Assembly (NCBI GenBank): GCA_964565525.1
Contig: CAZMFG010000001.1
Location: 1-48,220, forward strand
Source: an uncultured Thermodesulfobacteriota bacterium
GTDB lineage: Bacteria; Desulfobacterota; B13-G15; RBG-16-54-18
DNA: 48,220 nucleotides
Direction: 5' to 3'
Part shown: in pieces, positions 43,126 through 48,220 of the stretch
Position numbering within the stretch: the first letter of the stretch is position 1
Layout of the letters: every line of letters starts with the position of its first letter
Notes under the pieces: model-generated
The model's input: the letters and a program-made list of their open reading frames with translations, nothing else
What the model was told of the DNA's origin: nothing
Databases searched by the model: none
Position numbers and translations under genes: made by a program

Positions 43126-45537
43126 ATGGACGAACGAAAAGAAGAGGCCCAAACGGAAATCCTTGGGATAAGCGACGAAGGGGAAGCACCCAAGATTCCT
43201 CCGGAGCTCCCTCTCCTGCCCATGGAGGATATGGTCATCTATCCCCACACCTTGGTCCCCCTCATTCTCAAGGACCCGCAGCTCGCCGCCGCTGTCGACG
43301 AGGCCCTCTCCCATGAGCGCATCGCCGGGGCCGTGATGCTCAAAGATCGAGAGAAAAAGGAATTCCACTCAACGGGGTCGGCCATCCTTATTCATAGGAT
43401 GTTGAAAAACCCCGACGGCACCTTGCGCATGATAACACAGGGGTTGGCCAAGATCGGTATCACCAAGATAATTCAGGAAGATCCCTTTCCCAAGGCACAG
43501 GTGCAGGTGTTGGAGGAACGGCCGGAGCAGAACGAACGCGTGGAGGCCCTCATGCGGGCCGTCATGGGCCAGTACCAGAAGATGATCACCCTCGTACCCT
43601 ACATCCCCGATGAGCTTCAGGCGGCTGCCATGAACATAGAAGACCCCTTCCGACTGGTCTACTTCATCGCCACCTTCATCAAGATGAAGCCTGAGGACAA
43701 ACAGGAGATACTCGACCTGGAATCCGCCGAGGAAAAATTGAAAAAGATCTCCTCCATCCTGCAACGAGAGGTGGATCTCTTGGAGCTGGGCACCAAGATC
43801 CAGTCCGAGGTCCAGGACAAGATGACGAAGGGGCAACGTGAGTACGTCCTCCGCGAGCAGCTCAAGGCCATTAAAAAGGAGCTGGGTGAAGAGGACGAGC
43901 TCCAGGTTGAGATCAAGGAGTTCCGCGAAAAGATGGAGGCCGCAAACCTCCCCGAGCACGTGGAGAAAGAGGCCGAGCGGGAGCTCGCCCGCCTCGAGAA
44001 GATCCCTACCGCCTCTCCCGAATATGGGGTCATCAGGACCTATCTGGAGTGGCTGACCGAGCTCCCCTGGAGCCGGGAGACGGCGGACAATATGGACTTG
44101 GACCGGGCACAAAGGATCTTGGACGAAGACCACTACGACCTCGATAAGATCAAGGAGAGGATTCTCGAGTACCTGGCGGTGAGAAAGCTCAAGGAGGATA
44201 TGAAAGGCCCCATCCTCTGTTTTGTCGGCCCCCCGGGGGTGGGGAAGACCTCCCTCGGGCAATCCATCGCCCGGACTTTGGAGAGGAAATTCGTGAGGCT
44301 CTCCCTCGGAGGGGTACGGGATGAGGCGGAGATCCGGGGGCATCGGCGGACGTATATCGGGGCCCTGCCGGGGACGATCATCCAGAGCATCCGCAGGGCG
44401 GAATCACGCAATCCGGTCTTCATGCTCGATGAAATCGATAAAGTGGGGGCCGATTTCCGCGGCGACCCCTCCTCCGCCCTCTTGGAGGTCCTCGACCCGG
44501 AGCAGAATGCCGCCTTTCGGGACCACTATCTCGACATCCCCTTTGACCTCTCCCAGGTCTTTTTCATCACCACCGCCAATATGCTGGAGACCATCCACCC
44601 CGCCCTGCGGGACCGGATGGAGGTCTTGATGCTCCCCGGCTATACCAACCATGAGAAGGTCGCCATCGCCCAACGATATCTCATCCCCAAGCAGACGGAC
44701 GCACACGGCTTGGAGAAGGAAGAGGTGCGTTTTACCGACGAGGGGATCCAAAAAATCATCTCCTCCTATACCAAAGAGGCCGGGGTGAGAAACCTGGAAC
44801 GGGAGATCGCGAGGGTCTGCCGCAAGGTGGCCTTCAAGAAGGGACAGGGGCAGCATACCGGGGATGTCATCACCCCGGATGCACTGCGGGAGTACCTGGG
44901 GCCCGAGCGGCACTTTCCCGAGGTGGCCATGCGTACCTCCCGTCCCGGCGTGGCCACCGGTTTGGCCTGGACCGAGGCAGGAGGCGAAATCCTCTTCGTC
45001 GAGGCGACGAAGATGCCGGGCAAAAAGGGGCTCTCCCTCACCGGGCAATTGGGGGAGGTGATGCAGGAGTCGGCCAAGGCGGCCCTGAGCTATGTGCGTG
45101 CCAAGGCAGGCGAACTGGGGATCGCGAAGGACTTCTTTGAAAAGTACGACCTGCACATCCACGTCCCCGCCGGCGCCATTCCCAAGGATGGACCCTCAGC
45201 GGGGATCACCGTCGCCTGCGCCGTGGCCTCCGAGCTCACCGGGCGCCCGGTGAGGAACGATGTGGCCATGACCGGTGAGATCACCCTCAGCGGCCTCGTA
45301 CTCCCGGTGGGGGGGATCAAAGAGAAGATCCTGGCGGCCAAGGCAGCGGGAATCAAGAAGGTGATCCTCCCGGCCCGCAACCGGGGGGATGTGGAGGAGA
45401 TCGGCGAGGAGCTGAAGGGGGGGCTGGAGTTCGTCTTTGTGGAGTCGGTTGACGAGGTCTTCCCGTTGGCCTTGACCGACTCCGTCGGAAAAAGCAAGGC
45501 CTCTCCCAAGCGGAGACCGGCGAAGGGTTCACGATAG
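43126..45537 (+). CDS. lon: ATP-dependent Lon protease (LonA)
   Basis: 803 aa. N-terminal LON substrate-binding domain ([21 protein letters not shown]), Walker [10 protein letters not shown], and protease active-site [11 protein letters not shown] with the downstream Lys region [14 protein letters not shown]. Confidence 0.97.
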   Translation: MDERKEEAQTEILGISDEGEAPKIPPELPLLPMEDMVIYPHTLVPLILKDPQLAAAVDEALSHERIAGAVMLKDREKKEFHSTGSAILIHRMLKNPDGTLRMITQGLAKIGITKIIQEDPFPKAQVQVLEERPEQNERVEALMRAVMGQYQKMITLVPYIPDELQAAAMNIEDPFRLVYFIATFIKMKPEDKQEILDLESAEEKLKKISSILQREVDLLELGTKIQSEVQDKMTKGQREYVLREQLKAIKKELGEEDELQVEIKEFREKMEAANLPEHVEKEAERELARLEKIPTASPEYGVIRTYLEWLTELPWSRETADNMDLDRAQRILDEDHYDLDKIKERILEYLAVRKLKEDMKGPILCFVGPPGVGKTSLGQSIARTLERKFVRLSLGGVRDEAEIRGHRRTYIGALPGTIIQSIRRAESRNPVFMLDEIDKVGADFRGDPSSALLEVLDPEQNAAFRDHYLDIPFDLSQVFFITTANMLETIHPALRDRMEVLMLPGYTNHEKVAIAQRYLIPKQTDAHGLEKEEVRFTDEGIQKIISSYTKEAGVRNLEREIARVCRKVAFKKGQGQHTGDVITPDALREYLGPERHFPEVAMRTSRPGVATGLAWTEAGGEILFVEATKMPGKKGLSLTGQLGEVMQESAKAALSYVRAKAGELGIAKDFFEKYDLHIHVPAGAIPKDGPSAGITVACAVASELTGRPVRNDVAMTGEITLSGLVLPVGGIKEKILAAKAAGIKKVILPARNRGDVEEIGEELKGGLEFVFVESVDEVFPLALTDSVGKSKASPKRRPAKGSR

Positions 45538-45541
45538 CACC

Positions 45542-46285
45542 ATGTCCCTGCAAGAAATAAACATCAAGAGGCAGGCCGAAGGCCTGGAGCGTAACCTGAA
45601 GGGGATCCTCCACCTCCTCGAGGACAAATATAGTGAACTTCAGCAGTTGTGCCGGGTCTTTAACCCGAAGCGGGGCTACTCCCCAACGGCGGTCAGGGAC
45701 ATCAAGGAACTATACAAGATGGCCACTGCCAAATTCGCCGAGGCCAGGGCCTTGCAGCAGGTAATCAGGGGCAAATACCGGGGGTATGTGCAGGTCGATG
45801 CACAGGTACAAAGGGCATTGGACGAGTTCTCCCTCATGTACCGGAAGGACTACCGCTTCTTTGAACAAAATCACAGCACGTGGCAACGGGAACAATATGG
45901 GCGGGAGGAAAAGAGGGTGCCTCCCCGCGTCCTCTCCCATCTTTACACGGTCTATCGAGAATCACCAGCCCTCCCCTCCCTCATCCTCTGTTTTCAGGGC
46001 GACCCTTCTTCCTTAAAAACGCTCAAAGATCGGGTCCAGCTGGGGGAACGGGACATGTGGGATGCGGTGGAGGGGGAGTTGTGGCTTTTCATGGCGGGGG
46101 TACAACACTCAGAGGATCCCCAGCTCAAGGGCACGCTTATCGAGACCCTCCTGTACGATCTGAAGGGGAAAGTCAAGGGGGTGGTCTTAAAGCTCACCAC
46201 GGGGGATGCGGTGCGGGATGAGACCCTGCAGGGCATGCGCCGAAGCCTCGCCGCGGTCCCGGCGGGGGAGATCAAGATCCTGTAA
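45542..46285 (+). CDS. Hypothetical protein, tightly linked to lon
   Basis: 247-aa ORF starting 4 nt after the lon stop (TAGCACCATG). The N-terminal part is coiled-coil-like. No family recognised. Its 3' end overlaps the convergent rlmN by 14 nt. Confidence 0.55.
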   Translation: MSLQEINIKRQAEGLERNLKGILHLLEDKYSELQQLCRVFNPKRGYSPTAVRDIKELYKMATAKFAEARALQQVIRGKYRGYVQVDAQVQRALDEFSLMYRKDYRFFEQNHSTWQREQYGREEKRVPPRVLSHLYTVYRESPALPSLILCFQGDPSSLKTLKDRVQLGERDMWDAVEGELWLFMAGVQHSEDPQLKGTLIETLLYDLKGKVKGVVLKLTTGDAVRDETLQGMRRSLAAVPAGEIKIL

Positions 46286-47336
46286 TCCGCCCCCGCAGTT
46301 GGCCGCAGGCGGCTGAGATATCCCCTCCTCTGCTCTCCCTGATGATGGTCGTGTATCCCGCCTCCATCAAGACCTTTTGAAAACGAAGCACAGCCGCATC
46401 CTGCGGCCTGCGGAATACAATGCCGGGACACTCATTAAAGGGGATGAGGTTTACCTTGCACTTAATCCCCCTGAGGATCTGGGCCAGCCCCCTGGCATCC
46501 GCCTCGGAATCGTTTACCCCCTGAATCAGGACGTATTCGAAGGTGATCCGCTCTCGGGGCGGGAGGGGGAGGGCACGACACGCCGCTAACAGGGCGTTCA
46601 GGGGATACCTCCTGCTGATGGGCATCAGGTATGCCCGGACCTTCTGGCTGGAGGCGTTCAGGGAAACGGCCAGTCGGCACGACACCCGCTCTGCACATAG
46701 CCTTTGCATGTGGGGGATAAGCCCGACGGTGGAGAGCGTAACCCTCCGGCGGGAGAGGCCGAATCCCAGGTCGGAGGCCATGATCGCCAGGGCCTGTTTG
46801 ACGCGGTCGTAGTTAGCCAGGGGCTCCCCCATCCCCATGAGAACGCAGTTGGTGATCCGCCCCCCCTGGCCGAGTTCCCTGGCGACCCCTACGATCTGAT
46901 TCAGGATCTCCCCGGAGGTGAGATCCCTGACAAACCCGCCCATGCCGGTGAGGCAGAAGCGACACCCCATGGCACACCCCGCTTGTGTCGAGATGCAGAG
47001 GGTGAGGCGGCCGTCATCGGGAATCAGGACGCTCTCCACCTGAGCGCCGTCCTGCAGCCCGAAGAGGTATTTCCGCGTTCCGTCCCGGGAGTGCTCCACC
47101 GCCAGGGGCCGGGCGGAAGAGATGCGAGCCGTGCGGCCCAACGTTGCGCGCAGCTCCTTGGCCAGATCGGTCATCTCTTCGACAGAGGACGCCCCGTGGC
47201 GGTAGAGCCACCGCATGATCTGCCTGGCCCGGTAGTGCTCCTTGCCGAGCCCGGCGATGAGGGCCTCCAATTCCTCAAGGGAGAGATCTTTTAGGTCTAC
47301 CACCATGTGTTCAGTATCGTCCTGTTTTGGAGGCAT
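46272..47336 (-). CDS. rlmN: 23S rRNA/tRNA (adenine-C2)-methyltransferase, radical SAM
   Basis: 354 aa. YRARQIMRWLY, CISTQAGCAMGCRFCLTG (CxxxCxxC), GMGEPLAN and C-terminal GGDISAACGQL. Confidence 0.93.
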   Translation of the reverse strand: MPPKQDDTEHMVVDLKDLSLEELEALIAGLGKEHYRARQIMRWLYRHGASSVEEMTDLAKELRATLGRTARISSARPLAVEHSRDGTRKYLFGLQDGAQVESVLIPDDGRLTLCISTQAGCAMGCRFCLTGMGGFVRDLTSGEILNQIVGVARELGQGGRITNCVLMGMGEPLANYDRVKQALAIMASDLGFGLSRRRVTLSTVGLIPHMQRLCAERVSCRLAVSLNASSQKVRAYLMPISRRYPLNALLAACRALPLPPRERITFEYVLIQGVNDSEADARGLAQILRGIKCKVNLIPFNECPGIVFRRPQDAAVLRFQKVLMEAGYTTIIRESRGGDISAACGQLRGRITGS

Positions 47337-47464
47337 TATAGGGCCGTGGCAGAGGGATTGTAAAGGCGTTAGATTGTGATTCTCGCAAAGGTCCTGATGC
47401 AGCTGCCGGGAGTGGTAAAAATTTCAGTTGATCTAAACCCAAAAAATAGTGTAGCGTAGAAACA

Positions 47465-47917
47465 ATGGCGAGAAAAAGGTCCATAGGAATCGTAGCCCTC
47501 GCAGCAGTGCTCCCGATTTTGTGCCTCTGCGTGGCCTCCTGTCAAGTGGCCCTCCCCCTTGCCCTGACAAGCACGTCCATGGGTGTCGCCTACTACTACA
47601 TGAATACGGCGGAAAAGACCTGTGTCTATAATTTTGATACCATGACCAAGGCCTCCCTGTCGACATTGGAAAGGATGGGATTTACCGTTGGCGAGCAATC
47701 CACTGATAAAGATGGGGATCACAAAATAGAGGCCGAGGCAGAAGACCTAGATGTCACCATCACCTTAAAGCATATAACGGATAAATGCACCAAGATTAAG
47801 GTAACGGCCAGTGAAGACGTCGTTATTAGGGACAAGGCCACCGCCTTTGAGATCATCTATCAAACCGAGATAGCGGCCGAACGACTAGCGAGGCGCAGCA
47901 GGCGTTCACGCCGTTGA
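47465..47917 (+). CDS. Small lipoprotein (DUF3568-like)
   Basis: 150 aa. Signal peptide with lipobox LCVASC. The mature part is hydrophilic. I have only a vague memory of the family. Confidence 0.6.
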   Translation: MARKRSIGIVALAAVLPILCLCVASCQVALPLALTSTSMGVAYYYMNTAEKTCVYNFDTMTKASLSTLERMGFTVGEQSTDKDGDHKIEAEAEDLDVTITLKHITDKCTKIKVTASEDVVIRDKATAFEIIYQTEIAAERLARRSRRSRR

Positions 47918-47967
47918 GTCAAAGAGTAGAACCCTACACTTCTCAGCGGACGGCAGGAAGATGGCAT

Positions 47968-48220
47968 ATGCCTACCCTCATGAGTTTTGAGGAGACAGTC
48001 AAGCGGTATGAAGCAGGGGAAAATGCCTTCGACCTCACCATAGAGAAGTGGGAGCGGATCAGGGAAACCATCAAATCCGCTCACAGCATATCGCAATTCA
48101 TTATGATCGCACGGGGTGCATCGATCAAGGTCGCCCTCTGTATTGAGTTTAATGACGCCTGTTACCTCTGCCCGTTGGAGACGACCTGCCATCAGGAAAC
48201 AGAAGGGCTCTTCTATAAGG
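47968..48220 (+). CDS. Hypothetical protein, N-terminal part (runs off the window)
   Basis: Not in the track (no stop). Hand translation from the ATG at 47968 reads MPTLMSFEETVKRYEAGENAFDLTIEKWERIRETIKSAHSISQFIMIARGASIKVALCIEFNDACYLCPLETTCHQETEGLFYK and is open to the window end. GGAAG lies about 7 nt upstream. It reads more like protein than the antisense track ORF 47860..48192. Confidence 0.45.
   Translation, partial: MPTLMSFEETVKRYEAGENAFDLTIEKWERIRETIKSAHSISQFIMIARGASIKVALCIEFNDACYLCPLETTCHQETEGLFYK

Noticed and set aside
47860-48192. 110-aa minus-strand ORF at the right edge.
   Set aside because: It overlaps the 3' end of the lipoprotein gene. Its translation is not protein-like. It is antisense to a better plus-strand reading frame (47968..48220) that has an RBS and is open to the window end.
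1-48220. CRISPR arrays, IS elements/transposases, integrases, prophage genes, and toxin-antitoxin or known defence systems.
   Set aside because: I saw no regularly spaced 25-40-nt repeats. No translation resembles a transposase, recombinase, Cas protein, capsid or terminase. The only nuclease-fold protein (Mut7-C) is embedded in a housekeeping operon. The CPBP/Abi-type protease is a common membrane protease and not evidence of abortive infection.

Overview
This is a 48.2-kb, chromosomal-looking segment from a Gram-negative, probably anaerobic bacterium. The evidence for that is an outer-membrane barrel and a LolA-like gene, a class III ribonucleotide reductase and a multiheme cytochrome c. 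By eye, GC is heterogeneous at about 45-65%. About 45 tightly packed protein genes are present, mostly on the minus strand. I recognised no rRNA, tRNA, CRISPR array, transposase, integrase or phage gene.

Content from left to right:
- a partial GAF-PAS sensor and an HD-GYP phosphodiesterase;
- an unusual 722-aa membrane-spanning multiheme cytochrome (c-heme + 3 TM + cytochrome-b5-like domain + TM + HAO-like octaheme module);
- a five-gene transporter cluster (LolA-like protein, two FtsX-type permeases, ATPase, beta-barrel);
- DUF1003, then two DedA paralogs flanking an orphan gene;
- Kup, an APC permease, a P3A-type (proton-pump-like) P-type ATPase, a GNAT, M50-CBS and CPBP membrane proteases, and Usp;
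- a glycogen/glycolysis run (gpmA, class I aldolase, PfkB kinase, 2-hydroxyacid dehydrogenase, gap, PMM/PGM, glgP);
- an MTAP-mtaD-Mut7C-rsmD operon;
- Tat-DUF362 plus a NapH-like polyferredoxin;
- nrdD, a thioredoxin-like gene and nrdG behind NrdR-type boxes;
- PPC-Hsp20-Lon-orphan, then rlmN and a lipoprotein.

Best candidates for something new:
1. the multiheme fusion protein;
2. two small cassette-like insertions (a LuxR-HTH fragment at 28.0-28.6 kb and an 86-aa ORF at 37.8-38.5 kb), each bracketed by a roughly 80% identical direct repeat made of the 3' end of the upstream gene;
3. a 7-bp tandem array between the two permease genes;
4. two genes whose conserved-looking N-termini have no canonical start codon;
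5. the self-contained LolA-like/ABC/barrel cluster and the Tat-DUF362/polyferredoxin pair.

All calls come from reading the translations and sequence by eye. No searches or computations were run.
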